Assembly: GCA_032718475.1 (NCBI GenBank)
Contig: JAUCBJ010009046.1
Coordinates: 31,896 to 95,895 of the forward strand
Length of the DNA: 64,000 bases
Reading direction: 5' to 3'
Origin: Nemertoderma westbladi
Lineage: Eukaryota > Animalia > Xenacoelomorpha
The notes under the pieces are model-generated. The model saw only the letters and a list, made by a program, of their open reading frames with translations, was not told the origin of the DNA and did no database searches. Position numbers and translations under genes: made by a program. Positions 1 through 15,200 of the stretch are shown piece by piece (position 1 is the stretch's first letter; every line of letters begins with the position of its first letter).

Positions 1-254
1 CTACTAGTGGTGTTGGCGATGTATTGGTTATGCCTACTAGTGGTGTTGGCGATGTATTGGTTATGCCTACTAGTGGTGTTGGCGATGTATTGGTTATGCC
101 TACTAGTGGTGTTGGCGATATATTGGTTATGCCTACTAGTGGTGTTGGCGATGTATTGGTTATGCCTACTAGTGGTGTTAGCGATGTATTGGTTATGCCT
201 ACTAGTGGTGTTGGCGATGTATTGGTTATGCCTACTAGTGGTGTTGGCGATGTA
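1..254. repeat. 33-bp minisatellite (CTACTAGTGGTGTTGGCGATGTATTGGTTATGC), ~7.5 copies, truncated by window edge
   Basis: Direct tandem repeat visible in the sequence; explains ORFs 7..306 and 24..275. Confidence 0.95.
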
Positions 255-518
255 TATATTTTATGTACAATTTAAGTTCGCAGTCATTTATTGTAAGAAA
301 TTATAAATTTTATATGGTTTGTACAATTTTACGTTATCATCTTCCCGAAAACTTTATAATTCCTTTAGTAACCGTGTGGTGCTGGCAGCTAACACCATAA
401 ATTAGTTATGCAATACTTCGTTGTTTTTTGTTGCTGATAATATTACCTAGTGATCTGGTAGTTATTAATATCAGATTGATTGAAATAAATGTGTTCACCT
501 TTCTGTGGTGACTTTCGG

Positions 519-694
519 GTTAAATGGTATATCTTATATTCGCGATTAAAATGGTATATCTTATATTCGCGTTTAAAATGGTATATCTTATATTCGCGTT
601 TAAAATGGTATATCTTATATTCGCGATTAAAATGGTATATCCTATATTCGCGTTTAAAATGGTATATCTTATATTCGCGAGTAAAATGGTATAT
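519..694. repeat. 27-bp minisatellite (TTAAAATGGTATATCTTATATTCGCGW), ~6 copies
   Basis: Direct tandem repeat visible in the sequence. Confidence 0.93.
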
Positions 695-1483
695 TCAATG
701 TTGTTAATTATATGTTATTATGCGAATAATGAAATTATATTAATTACAGTTATTCAGGTGTCCCATTGTTACTTTCAGACATCTGACACAGTTATAATTA
801 AACATTTTATTATTTATATTTTATTATAAGGTATGTTATTAATTACAAACTGTATAAAGGGTGTCATTCACTCATTCTAAGTAGTTATAATAAAAATTTA
901 TTGATTTATTTTATTAAACGACTTGTTCTGCCTAATAACGCTTTCTTATTAAACCTACTGACGCAGGACTTCAGGTTAGGCATTGATCCTTGTTGAACCC
1001 TGGCGTGGCTATAGAACTTCTATCTACATATTAATAAAAAAATCGCTACATGTCACACCTGTTAAACACACCGCTTGAATAGGTTCTTAATTAACTGTTC
1101 CAATTGAATGCCCGGCAATGTAATCTCGCACCGTAACCACTTCATATGCTATAACCTTTGTGATACGGAAAGACGCCCTGAACAGGGATATTATTATTAA
1201 GAAATGAATCACAGAAAATTCCCAGAAGTAAATTAATTGGTGATTCAAAAAGAATGACGGATCTCTTCAGATGGGAAGAAATAATAAAATAATTAAATAA
1301 ACTATCAGGCAATTAATTGTTTTATAGTTTATATGTTCTGTCTGAATGATTAGCTGTCCAAGCTATCATGATTTCATTTTATACTATTTAAGAACATTTT
1401 TTTATATTATAATTAAAAATGCATCAAAAAAAATGTTATAAAGGCAAAACATCTCGGGGATGGGCAATTATCCAGGGACACAT

Positions 1484-2447
1484 CACTCACCTTTGATGCA
1501 TCAAAGACCCACGGACCCATAGTGATACACTCACCTTTGATGCATCATAGACACACGGACCCATAGTGTTACACTCACCTTTGATGCATCATAGACCCAC
1601 GGGACCCATAGTGATACACTCACCTTTGATGCATCATAGACCCACGGACCCATAGTGTTACACTCACCTTTAATGCATCATAGACCCACGGACCCATAGT
1701 GTTACACTCACCTTTGATGCATCATAGACCCCATGGACCCATAGTGATACACTTACCTTTGATGCATCATAGACCCACGGACCCATAGAGATACACTCAC
1801 CTTTGATGCATCATAGACCCACGGGACCCATAGTGATACACTCACCTTTGATGCATCAAAGACCCACGGACCCATAGTGATACCACCTTTGATGCATCAT
1901 AGACTCCATGGACCCATAGTGATACACTCACCTTTGATGCATCATAGACCCACGGACCCATAGAGATACACTCACCTTTGATGCATCATAGACCCACGGG
2001 ACCCATAGTGATACACTCACCTTTGATGCATCAAAGACCCACGGACCCATAGTGATACCACCTTTGATGCATCATAGACCCCATGGACCCATAGTGATAC
2101 ACTCACCTTTGATGCATCATAGACCCACTGACCCATAGTGATACACTCACCTTTGATGCATCATAGACCCACGGTCCCATAGAGATACACTCACCTTTGA
2201 TGCATCATAGACCCACGGGACCCATAGTGATACACTCACCTTTGATGCATCAAAGACCCACGGACCCATAGTGATACCACGTTTGATGCATCATAGACTC
2301 CATGGACCCATAGTGATACCACCTTTGATGCATCATAGACTCCATGGACCCATAGTGATACACTCACCTTTGATGCATCATAGACCCACTGACCCATAGT
2401 GATACACTCACCTTTGATGCATCATAGACCCACGGACCCATAGTGAT
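1484..2447 (-). repeat. 44-bp tandem array (~22 copies) made of the last 36 nt of the Cys-loop exon plus the first 8 nt of its intron (donor AAG|GTGAGTGT)
   Basis: Minus-strand unit ATCACTATGGGTCCGTGGGTCTATGATGCATCAAAG|GTGAGTGT; the rightmost copy is the real exon end (2412-2447). Confidence 0.95.
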
Positions 2448-2595
2448 GTTACAGTGTTGGTAATCAAACGGATAGTATTGGACGTTGATTTTACAGTAAG
2501 TCTCAAAGAATTCTGGTTTCAGCCACCCAAGATTGCCACTGTGGCTTCCAGTAATATCGGTAAGCCAAATCCCTGGGATTTCCTTATCTGCGGCA
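2412..2595 (-). CDS. Cys-loop ligand-gated ion channel (nAChR-type) subunit, coding exon 4, containing the Cys-loop
   Basis: ttttctcttcag acceptor and gtgagt donor. Translates (S)AADKEIPGIWLTDITGSHSGNLGWLKPEFFETYCKINVQYYPFDYQHCNITMGPWVYDASK, with the C-x13-C Cys-loop containing YPFD and loop-B GPWVYD. Phase (1 nt + 61 codons) matches the preceding exon. Confidence 0.95.
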
Positions 2596-3043
2596 CTGAA
2601 GAGAAAATAAATTAAAAATGATGCAAATTAAATGTAAATAAGATATCCGACACCGAAAGTTCCGGTTCGCGCGGTTTCGGCAAGAATGAATCCGGTTAAT
2701 TAAGTAGAGGATTTCTGTATTCAACACGATGAGTAGCATGTGGTTCAGAAAATGGTAATGGGGATAATCCACAAAACGATGGAAGTCCTACTAACTCAAA
2801 CTCAATGTGGATCATTTAGTTTACATTATAATGGAGATAGGCGTGTGGGTGTGGGTATGTTCCTGCCATGAATATACTTACATCTCTAGTCTAGATAGAA
2901 ATGAAAGATATAGATGCTAAAATCACAAGAATTGTGTTGATTCTCTAACGAGTGAATGTTGAATCATGTCATTGCATTTTGATTAAAATGCATTCAGATA
3001 ATAATAATACTACTGAATCAAATGTATTTACTAATATTACTAC

Positions 3044-3195
3044 CTGTTGTAGACCATTACATCGGGTCGCCAACAGTCGTTTGGGTCGAACGCTGTATGC
3101 GAGATATTAAACTCAGAGAGTTTCCAAGACAACAGTTCATCTGTCCAATATAGCCGATTCCAGACCATAAATTTAACCATTTGGTTTTTTTCATC
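3044..3195 (-). CDS. nAChR-type subunit coding exon 3
   Basis: atttcag acceptor and AG|gtagta donor. Translates DEKNQMVKFMVWNRLYWTDELLSWKLSEFNISHTAFDPNDCWRPDVMVYN(S), with the nAChR DEKNQ and WxPD..YN motifs; 50 codons + 2 nt. Confidence 0.95.
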
Positions 3196-3285
3196 CTGAA
3201 ATAATTAGTCCCGCGATGTTATAGAAACAATGTGATTCAGTTAAACTACTTAATAGAGTTAATAATAAGGGCGATGATAAGTTAA

Positions 3286-6200
3286 GTAAGTCGTCCAATA
3301 ACTTACAACATCTGGTACCATCCGTATGTCATACAATCACTTACAACATCTAGTACCATCCGTATGTCATACAATCACTTACAACATCTAGTACCATCCG
3401 TAAGTCATACAATCACTTACAACATCTAGTACCATCCGTAAGTCATACAATCACTTACAACATCTAGTACCATCCGTAAGTCATATACAATCACTTACAA
3501 CATCTAGTACCATCCGTAAGTCATACAATCACTTACAACATCTAGTACCATCCGTAAGTCATATACAATCACTTACAACATCTAGTACCATCCGTAAGTC
3601 ATACAATCACTTACAACATCTAGTACCATCCGTAAGTCATATACAATCACTTACAACATCTAGTACCATCCGTAAGTCATATACAATCACTTACAACATC
3701 TAGTACCATCCGTAAGTCTATACAATCACTTACAACATCTAGTACCATCCGTAAGTCATATACAATCACTTACAACATCTAGTACCATCCGTAAGTCTAT
3801 ACAATCACTTACAACATCTAGTACCATCCGTAAGTCATATACAATCACTTACAACATCTAGTACCATCCGTAAGTCTATACAATCACTTACAACATCTAG
3901 TACCATCCGTAAGTCATATACAATCACTTACAACATCTAGTACCATCCGTATGTCATACAATCACTTACAACATCTAGTACCATCCGTAAGTCATATACA
4001 ATCACTTACAACATCTAGTACCATCCGTATGTCATACAATCACTTACAACATCTAGTACCATCCGTAAGTCATATACAATCACTTACAACATCTAGTACC
4101 ATCCGTATGTCATACAATCACTTACAACATCTAGTACCATCCGTAAGTCATATACAATCACTTACAACATCTAGTACCATCCGTATGTCATACAATCACT
4201 TACAACATCTAGTACCATCCGTAAGTCATACACAATCACTTACAACATCTAGTACCATCCGTATGTCATACAATCACTTACAACATCTAGTACCATCCGT
4301 ATGTCATACAATCACTTACAACATCTAGTACCATCCGTAAGTCATATACAATCACTTACAACATCTAGTACCATCCGTAAGTCACACAATCACTTACAAC
4401 ATCTAGTACCATCCGTAAGTCATACAATCACTTACAACATCTAGTACCATCCGTATGTCATACAATCACTTACAACATCTAGTACCATCCGTAAGTCATA
4501 CACAATCACTTACAACATCTAGTACCATCCGTATGTCATACAATCACTTACAACATCTAGTACCATCCGTATGTCATACAATCACTTACAACATCTAGTA
4601 CCATCCGTAAGTCATATACAATCACTTACAACATCTAGTACCATCCGTAAGTCACACAATCACTTACAACATCTAGTACCATCCGTAAGTCATACAATCA
4701 CTTACAACATCTAGTACCATCCGTAAGTCATACAATCACTTACAACATCTAGTACCATCCGTAAGTCATATACAATCACTTACAACATCTAGTACCATCC
4801 GTAAGTCATATACAATCACTTACAACATCTAGTACCATCCGTAAGTCATATACAATCACTTACAACATCTAGTACCATCCGTAAGTCATATACAATCACT
4901 TACAACATCTAGTACCATCCGTAAGTCATACAATCACTTACAACATCTAGTACCATCCGTAAGTCATATACAATCACTTACAACATCTAGTACCATCCGT
5001 AAGTCATACAATCACTTACAACATCTAGTACCATCCGTAAGTCATACAATCACTTACAACATCTAGTACCATCCGTAAGTCATATACAATCACTTACAAC
5101 ATCTAGTACCATCCGTAAGTCATATACAATCACTTACAACATCTAGTACCATCCGTAAGTCATATACAATCACTTACAACATCTAGTACCATCCGTAAGT
5201 CATATACAATCACTTACAACATCTAGTACCATCCGTAAGTCATACAATCACTTACAACATCTAGTACCATCCGTAAGTCATACAATCACTTACAACATCT
5301 AGTACCATCCGTAAGTCATACAATCACTTACAACATCTAGTACCATCCGTAAGTCATATACAATCACTTACAACATCTAGTACCATCCGTAAGTCATACA
5401 ATCACTTACAACATCTAGTACCATCCGTAAGTCATACAATCACTTACAACATCTAGTACCATCCGTAAGTCATACAATCACTTACAACATCTAGTACCAT
5501 CCGTAAGTCATACAATCACTTACAACATCTAGTACCATCCGTAAGTCATACAATCACTTACAACATCTAGTACCATCCGTAAGTCATACAATCACTTACA
5601 ACATCTAGTACCATCCGTAAGTCATACAATCACTTACAACATCTAGTACCATCCGTAAGTCATACAATCACTTACAACATCTAGTACCATCCGTAAGTCA
5701 TACAATCACTTACAACATCTAGTACCATCCGTAAGTCATACAATCACTTACAACATCTAGTACCATCCGTAAGTCATACAATCACTTACAACATCTAGTA
5801 CCATCCGTAAGTCATACAATCACTTACAACATCTAGTACCATCCGTAAGTCATACAATCACTTACAACATCTAGTACCATCCGTAAGTCATACAATCACT
5901 TACAACATCTAGTACCATCCGTATGTCATACAATCACTTACAACATCTAGTACCATCCGTAAGTCATATACAATCACTTACAACATCTAGTACCATCCGT
6001 AAGTCATATACAATCACTTACAACATCTAGTACCATCCGTAAGTCATATACAATCACTTACAACATCTAGTACCATCCGTAAGTCATATACAATCACTTA
6101 CAACATCTAGTACCATCCGTAAGTCATATACAATCACTTACAACATCTAGTACCATCCGTAAGTCATATACAATCACTTACAACATCTAGTACCATCCGT

Positions 6201-9200
6201 AAGTCATATACAATCACTTACAACATCTAGTACCATCCGTATGTCATACAATCACTTACAACATCTAGTACCATCCGTATGTCATACAATCACTTACAAC
6301 ATCTAGTACCATCCGTATGTCATACAATCACTTACAACATCTAGTACCATCCGTATGTCATATACAATCACTTACAACATCTAGTACCATCCGTAAGTCG
6401 TCATACAATCACTTACAACATCTAGTACCATCCGTAAGTCATATACAATCACTTACAACATCTAGTACCATCCGTATGTCATACAATCACTTACAACATC
6501 TAGTACCATCCGTAAGTCATATACAATCACTTACAACATCTAGTACCATCCGTAAGTCATATACAATCACTTACAACATCTAGTACCATCCGTAAGTCAT
6601 ATACAATCACTTACAACATCTAGTACCATCCGTAAGTCATACAATCACTTACAACATCTAGTACCATCCGTATGTCATACAATCACTTACAACATCTAGT
6701 ACCATCCGTATGTCATATACAATCACTTACAACATCTAGTACCATCCGTAAGTCATATACAATCACTTACAACATCTAGTACCATCCGTATGTCATACAA
6801 TCACTTACAACATCTAGTACCATCCGTATGTCATATACAATCACTTACAACATCTAGTACCATCCGTATGTCATACAATCACTTACAACATCTAGTACCA
6901 TCCGTATGTCATATACAATCACTTACAACATCTAGTACCATCCGTAAGTCATATACAATCACTTACAACATCTAGTACCATCCGTAAGTCATATACAATC
7001 ACTTACAACATCTAGTACCATCCGTAAGTCATACAATCACTTACAACATCTAGTACCATCCGTAAGTCATACAATCACTTACAACATCTAGTACCATCCG
7101 TATGTCATACAATCACTTACAACATCTAGTACCATCCGTAAGTCATATACAATCACTTACAACATCTAGTACCATCCGTATGTCATATACAATCACTTAC
7201 AACATCTAGTACCATCCGTATGTCATACAATCACTTACAACATCTAGTACCATCCGTAAGTCATACAATCACTTACAACATCTAGTACCATCCGTAAGTC
7301 ATATACAATCACTTACAACATCTAGTACCATCCGTAAGTCATATACAATCACTTACAACATCTAGTACCATCCGTAAGTCATACAATCACTTACAACATC
7401 TAGTACCATCCGTAAGTCATATACAATCACTTACAACATCTAGTACCATCCGTAAGTCATACAATCACTTACAACATCTAGTACCATCCGTAAGTCATAC
7501 AATCACTTACAACATCTAGTACCATCCGTAAGTCATACAATCACTTACAACATCTAGTACCATCCGTAAGTCATATACAATCACTTACAACATCTAGTAC
7601 CATCCGTAAGTCATACAATCACTTACAACATCTAGTACCATCCGTATGTCATACAATCACTTACAACATCTAGTACCATCCGTAAGTCATACAATCACTT
7701 ACAACATCTAGTACCATCCGTAAGTCATATACAATCACTTACAACATCTAGTACCATCCGTAAGTCATATACAATCACTTACAACATCTAGTACCATCCG
7801 TAAGTCATATACAATCACTTACAACATCTAGTACCATCCGTAAGTCATACAATCACTTACAACATCTAGTACCATCCGTAAGTCATATACAATCACTTAC
7901 AACATCTAGTACCATCCGTAAGTCATACAATCACTTACAACATCTAGTACCATCCGTATGTCATACAATCACTTACAACATCTAGTACCATCCGTAAGTC
8001 ATACAATCACTTACAACATCTAGTACCATCCGTAAGTCATATACAATCACTTACAACATCTAGTACCATCCGTAAGTCATATACAATCACTTACAACATC
8101 TAGTACCATCCGTAAGTCATATACAATCACTTACAACATCTAGTACCATCCGTAAGTCATACAATCACTTACAACATCTAGTACCATCCGTAAGTCATAT
8201 ACAATCACTTACAACATCTAGTACCATCCGTAAGTCATACAATCACTTACAACATCTAGTACCATCCGTATGTCATACAATCACTTACAACATCTAGTAC
8301 CATCCGTAAGTCATACAATCACTTACAACATCTAGTACCATCCGTAAGTCATATACAATCACTTACAACATCTAGTACCATCCGTAAGTCATACAATCAC
8401 TTACAACATCTAGTACCATCCGTATGTCATACAATCACTTACAACATCTAGTACCATCCGTATGTCATACAATCACTTACAACATCTAGTACCATCCGTA
8501 AGTCATACAATCACTTACAACATCTAGTACCATCCGTAAGTCATATACAATCACTTACAACATCTAGTACCATCCGTAAGTCATATACAATCACTTACAA
8601 CATCTAGTACCATCCGTAAGTCATATACAATCACTTACAACATCTAGTACCATCCGTAAGTCATACAATCACTTACAACATCTAGTACCATCCGTAAGTC
8701 ATATACAATCACTTACAACATCTAGTACCATCCGTAAGTCATACAATCACTTACAACATCTAGTACCATCCGTATGTCATACAATCACTTACAACATCTA
8801 GTACCATCCGTAAGTCATACAATCACTTACAACATCTAGTACCATCCGTATGTCATACAATCACTTACAACATCTAGTACCATCCGTATGTCATATACAA
8901 TCACTTACAACATCTAGTACCATCCGTAAGTCATACAATCACTTACAACATCTAGTACCATCCGTAAGTCATACAATCACTTACAACATCTAGTACCATC
9001 CGTATGTCATACAATCACTTACAACATCTAGTACCATCCGTATGTCATATACAATCACTTACAACATCTAGTACCATCCGTATGTCATACAATCACTTAC
9101 AACATCTAGTACCATCCGTATGTCATACAATCACTTACAACATCTAGTACCATCCGTAAGTCATATACAATCACTTACAACATCTAGTACCATCCGTATG

Positions 9201-12200
9201 TCATACAATCACTTACAACATCTAGTACCATCCGTAAGTCATACAATCACTTACAACATCTAGTACCATCCGTATGTCATACAATCACTTACAACATCTA
9301 GTACCATCCGTAAGTCATACAATCACTTACAACATCTAGTACCATCCGTAAGTCATATACAATCACTTACAACATCTAGTACCATCCGTAAGTCATATAC
9401 AATCACTTACAACATCTAGTACCATCCGTAAGTCATATACAATCACTTACAACATCTAGTACCATCCGTATGTCATACAATCACTTACAACATCTAGTAC
9501 CATCCGTAAGTCATATACAATCACTTACAACATCTAGTACCATCCGTATGTCATACAATCACTTACAACATCTAGTACCATCCGTAAGTCATACAATCAC
9601 TTACAACATCTAGTACCATCCGTAAGTCATACAATCACTTACAACATCTAGTACCATCCGTAAGTCATATACAATCACTTACAACATCTAGTACCATCCG
9701 TATGTCATACAATCACTTACAACATCTAGTACCATCCGTATGTCATACAATCACTTACAACATCTAGTACCATCCGTAAGTCATATACAATCACTTACAA
9801 CATCTAGTACCATCCGTATGTCATACAATCACTTACAACATCTAGTACCATCCGTATGTCATACAATCACTTACAACATCTAGTACCATCCGTATGTCAT
9901 ACAATCACTTACAACATCTAGTACCATCCGTAAGTCATATACAATCACTTACAACATCTAGTACCATCCGTAAGTCATATACAATCACTTACAACATCTA
10001 GTACCATCCGTATGTCATACAATCACTTACAACATCTAGTACCATCCGTATGTCATACAATCACTTACAACATCTAGTACCATCCGTAAGTCATATACAA
10101 TCACTTACAACATCTAGTACCATCCGTAAGTCATACAATCACTTACAACATCTAGTACCATCCGTAAGTCATACAATCACTTACAACATCTAGTACCATC
10201 CGTAAGTCATATACAATCACTTACAACATCTAGTACCATCCGTAAGTCATACAATCACTTACAACATCTAGTACCATCCGTAAGTCATATACAATCACTT
10301 ACAACATCTAGTACCATCCGTAAGTCATACAATCACTTACAACATCTAGTACCATCCGTAAGTCATACAATCACTTACAACATCTAGTACCATCCGTATG
10401 TCATACAATCACTTACAACATCTAGTACCATCCGTATGTCATACAATCACTTACAACATCTAGTACCATCCGTATGTCATACAATCACTTACAACATCTA
10501 GTACCATCCGTATGTCATACAATCACTTACAACATCTAGTACCATCCGTAAGTCATATACAATCACTTACAACATCTAGTACCATCCGTATGTCATACAA
10601 TCACTTACAACATCTAGTACCATCCGTATGTCATACAATCACTTACAACATCTAGTACCATCCGTAAGTCATACAATCACTTACAACATCTAGTACCATC
10701 CGTAAGTCATATACAATCACTTACAACATCTAGTACCATCCGTAAGTCATATACAATCACTTACAACATCTAGTACCATCCGTATGTCATACAATCACTT
10801 ACAACATCTAGTACCATCCGTATGTCATACAATCACTTACAACATCTAGTACCATCCGTATGTCATACAATCACTTACAACATCTAGTACCATCCGTATG
10901 TCATATACAATCACTTACAACATCTAGTACCATCCGTAAGTCGGTCATACAATCACTTACAACATCTAGTACCATCCGTAAGTCATATACAATCACTTAC
11001 AACATCTAGTACCATCCGTATGTCATACAATCACTTACAACATCTAGTACCATCCGTAAGTCATATACAATCACTTACAACATCTAGTACCATCCGTAAG
11101 TCATATACAATCACTTACAACATCTAGTACCATCCGTAAGTCATATACAATCACTTACAACATCTAGTACCATCCGTAAGTCATACAATCACTTACAACA
11201 TCTAGTACCATCCGTATGTCATACAATCACTTACAACATCTAGTACCATCCGTATGTCATATACAATCACTTACAACATCTAGTACCATCCGTAAGTCAT
11301 ATACAATCACTTACAACATCTAGTACCATCCGTATGTCATACAATCACTTACAACATCTAGTACCATCCGTATGTCATATACAATCACTTACAACATCTA
11401 GTACCATCCGTATGTCATACAATCACTTACAACATCTAGTACCATCCGTATGTCATATACAATCACTTACAACATCTAGTACCATCCGTAAGTCATATAC
11501 AATCACTTACAACATCTAGTACCATCCGTAAGTCATATACAATCACTTACAACATCTAGTACCATCCGTAAGTCATACAATCACTTACAACATCTAGTAC
11601 CATCCGTATGTCATACAATCACTTACAACATCTAGTACCATCCGTATGTCATACAATCACTTACAACATCTAGTACCATCCGTAAGTCATATACAATCAC
11701 TTACAACATCTAGTACCATCCGTATGTCATATACAATCACTTACAACATCTAGTACCATCCGTATGTCATACAATCACTTACAACATCTAGTACCATCCG
11801 TAAGTCATACAATCACTTACAACATCTAGTACCATCCGTAAGTCATATACAATCACTTACAACATCTAGTACCATCCGTAAGTCATATACAATCACTTAC
11901 AACATCTAGTACCATCCGTAAGTCATACAATCACTTACAACATCTAGTACCATCCGTAAGTCATACAATCACTTACAACATCTAGTACCATCCGTAAGTC
12001 ATACAATCACTTACAACATCTAGTACCATCCGTAAGTCATACAATCACTTACAACATCTAGTACCATCCGTATGTCATACAATCACTTACAACATCTAGT
12101 ACCATCCGTATGTCATATACAATCACTTACAACATCTAGTACCATCCGTATGTCATACAATCACTTACAACATCTAGTACCATCCGTATGTCATACAATC

Positions 12201-15200
12201 ACTTACAACATCTAGTACCATCCGTAAGTCATATACAATCACTTACAACATCTAGTACCATCCGTATGTCATACAATCACTTACAACATCTAGTACCATC
12301 CGTAAGTCATACAATCACTTACAACATCTAGTACCATCCGTAAGTCATATACAATCACTTACAACATCTAGTACCATCCGTAAGTCATATACAATCACTT
12401 ACAACATCTAGTACCATCCGTAAGTCATATACAATCACTTACAACATCTAGTACCATCCGTAAGTCATACAATCACTTACAACATCTAGTACCATCCGTA
12501 AGTCATATACAATCACTTACAACATCTAGTACCATCCGTATGTCATACAATCACTTACAACATCTAGTACCATCCGTAAGTCATATACAATCACTTACAA
12601 CATCTAGTACCATCCGTAAGTCATACAATCACTTACAACATCTAGTACCATCCGTAAGTCATATACAATCACTTACAACATCTAGTACCATCCGTATGTC
12701 ATACAATCACTTACAACATCTAGTACCATCCGTATGTCATACAATCACTTACAACATCTAGTACCATCCGTAAGTCATATACAATCACTTACAACATCTA
12801 GTACCATCCGTATGTCATACAATCACTTACAACATCTAGTACCATCCGTATGTCATACAATCACTTACAACATCTAGTACCATCCGTATGTCATACAATC
12901 ACTTACAACATCTAGTACCATCCGTAAGTCATACAATCACTTACAACATCTAGTACCATCCGTAAGTCATATACAATCACTTACAACATCTAGTACCATC
13001 CGTAAGTCATACAATCACTTACAACATCTAGTACCATCCGTAAGTCATATACAATCACTTACAACATCTAGTACCATCCGTAAGTCATACAATCACTTAC
13101 AACATCTAGTACCATCCGTAGTCATACAATCACTTACAACATCTAGTACCATCCGTATGTCATACAATCACTTACAACATCTAGTACCATCCGTATGTCA
13201 TACAATCACTTACAACATCTAGTACCATCCGTAAGTCATATACAATCACTTACAACATCTAGTACCATCCGTAAGTCATACAATCACTTACAACATCTAG
13301 TACCATCCGTAAGTCATACAATCACTTACAACATCTAGTACCATCCGTAAGTCATACAATCACTTACAACATCTAGTACCATCCGTAAGTCATATACAAT
13401 CACTTACAACATCTAGTACCATCCGTATGTCATACACAATCACTTACAACATCTAGTACCATCCGTATGTCATACAATCACTTACAACATCTAGTACCAT
13501 CCGTAAGTCATACAATCACTTACAACATCTAGTACCATCCGTAAGTCATATACAATCACTTACAACATCTAGTACCATCCGTAAGTCATATACAATCACT
13601 TACAACATCTAGTACCATCCGTAAGTCATATACAATCACTTACAACATCTAGTACCATCCGTAAGTCATATACAATCACTTACAACATCTAGTACCATCC
13701 GTAAGTCATATACAATCACTTACAACATCTAGTACCATCCGTAAGTCATATACAATCACTTACAACATCTAGTACCATCCGTAAGTCATATACAATCACT
13801 TACAACATCTAGTACCATCCGTAAGTCATATACAATCACTTACAACATCTAGTACCATCCGTAAGTCATATACAATCACTTACAACATCTAGTACCATCC
13901 GTAAGTCATACAATCACTTACAACATCTAGTACCATCCGTAAGTCATACAATCACTTACAACATCTAGTACCATCCGTAAGTCATATACAATCACTTACA
14001 ACATCTAGTACCATCCGTAAGTCACACAATCACTTACAACATCTAGTACCATCCGTAAGTCATACAATCACTTACAACATCTAGTACCATCCGTATGTCA
14101 TACAATCACTTACAACATCTAGTACCATCCGTATGTCATACAATCACTTACAACATCTAGTACCATCCGTAAGTCATATACAATCACTTACAACATCTAG
14201 TACCATCCGTAAGTCATATACAATCACTTACAACATCTAGTACCATCCGTAAGTCATACAATCACTTACAACATCTAGTACCATCCGTAAGTCATATACA
14301 ATCACTTACAACATCTAGTACCATCCGTATGTCACACAATCACTTACAACATCTAGTACCATCCGTAAGTCATATACAATCACTTACAACATCTAGTACC
14401 ATCCGTAAGTCATATACAATCACTTACAACATCTAGTACCATCCGTATGTCACACAATCACTTACAACATCTAGTACCATCCGTAAGTCATATACAATCA
14501 CTTACAACATCTAGTACCATCCGTATGTCACACAATCACTTACAACATCTAGTACCATCCGTATGTCACACAATCACTTACAACATCTAGTACCATCCGT
14601 ATGTCACACAATCACTTACAACATCTAGTACCATCCGTATGTCATACAATCACTTACAACATCTAGTACCATCCGTATGTCACACAATCACTTACAACAT
14701 CTAGTACCATCCGTAAGTCATATACAATCACTTACAACATCTAGTACCATCCGTATGTCACACAATCACTTACAACATCTAGTACCATCCGTATGTCATA
14801 CAATCACTTACAACATCTAGTACCATCCGTAAGTCATACAATCACTTACAACATCTAGTACCATCCGTATGTCATACAATCACTTACAACATCTAGTACC
14901 ATCCGTATGTCATACAATCACTTACAACATCTAGTACCATCCGTAAGTCATACAATCACTTACAACATCTAGTACCATCCGTATGTCATACAATCACTTA
15001 CAACATCTAGTACCATCCGTAAGTCATACAATCACTTACAACATCTAGTACCATCCGTAAGTCATATACAATCACTTACAACATCTAGTACCATCCGTAA
15101 GTCACACAATCACTTACAACATCTAGTACCATCCGTATGTCATACAATCACTTACAACATCTAGTACCATCCGTAAGTCATACAATCACTTACAACATCT

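Noticed and set aside
1050-1180. Next receptor exon after ASK, using the ttcag acceptor near 1178
   Set aside because: In-frame stop after 11 codons and no loop-F/loop-C motifs.
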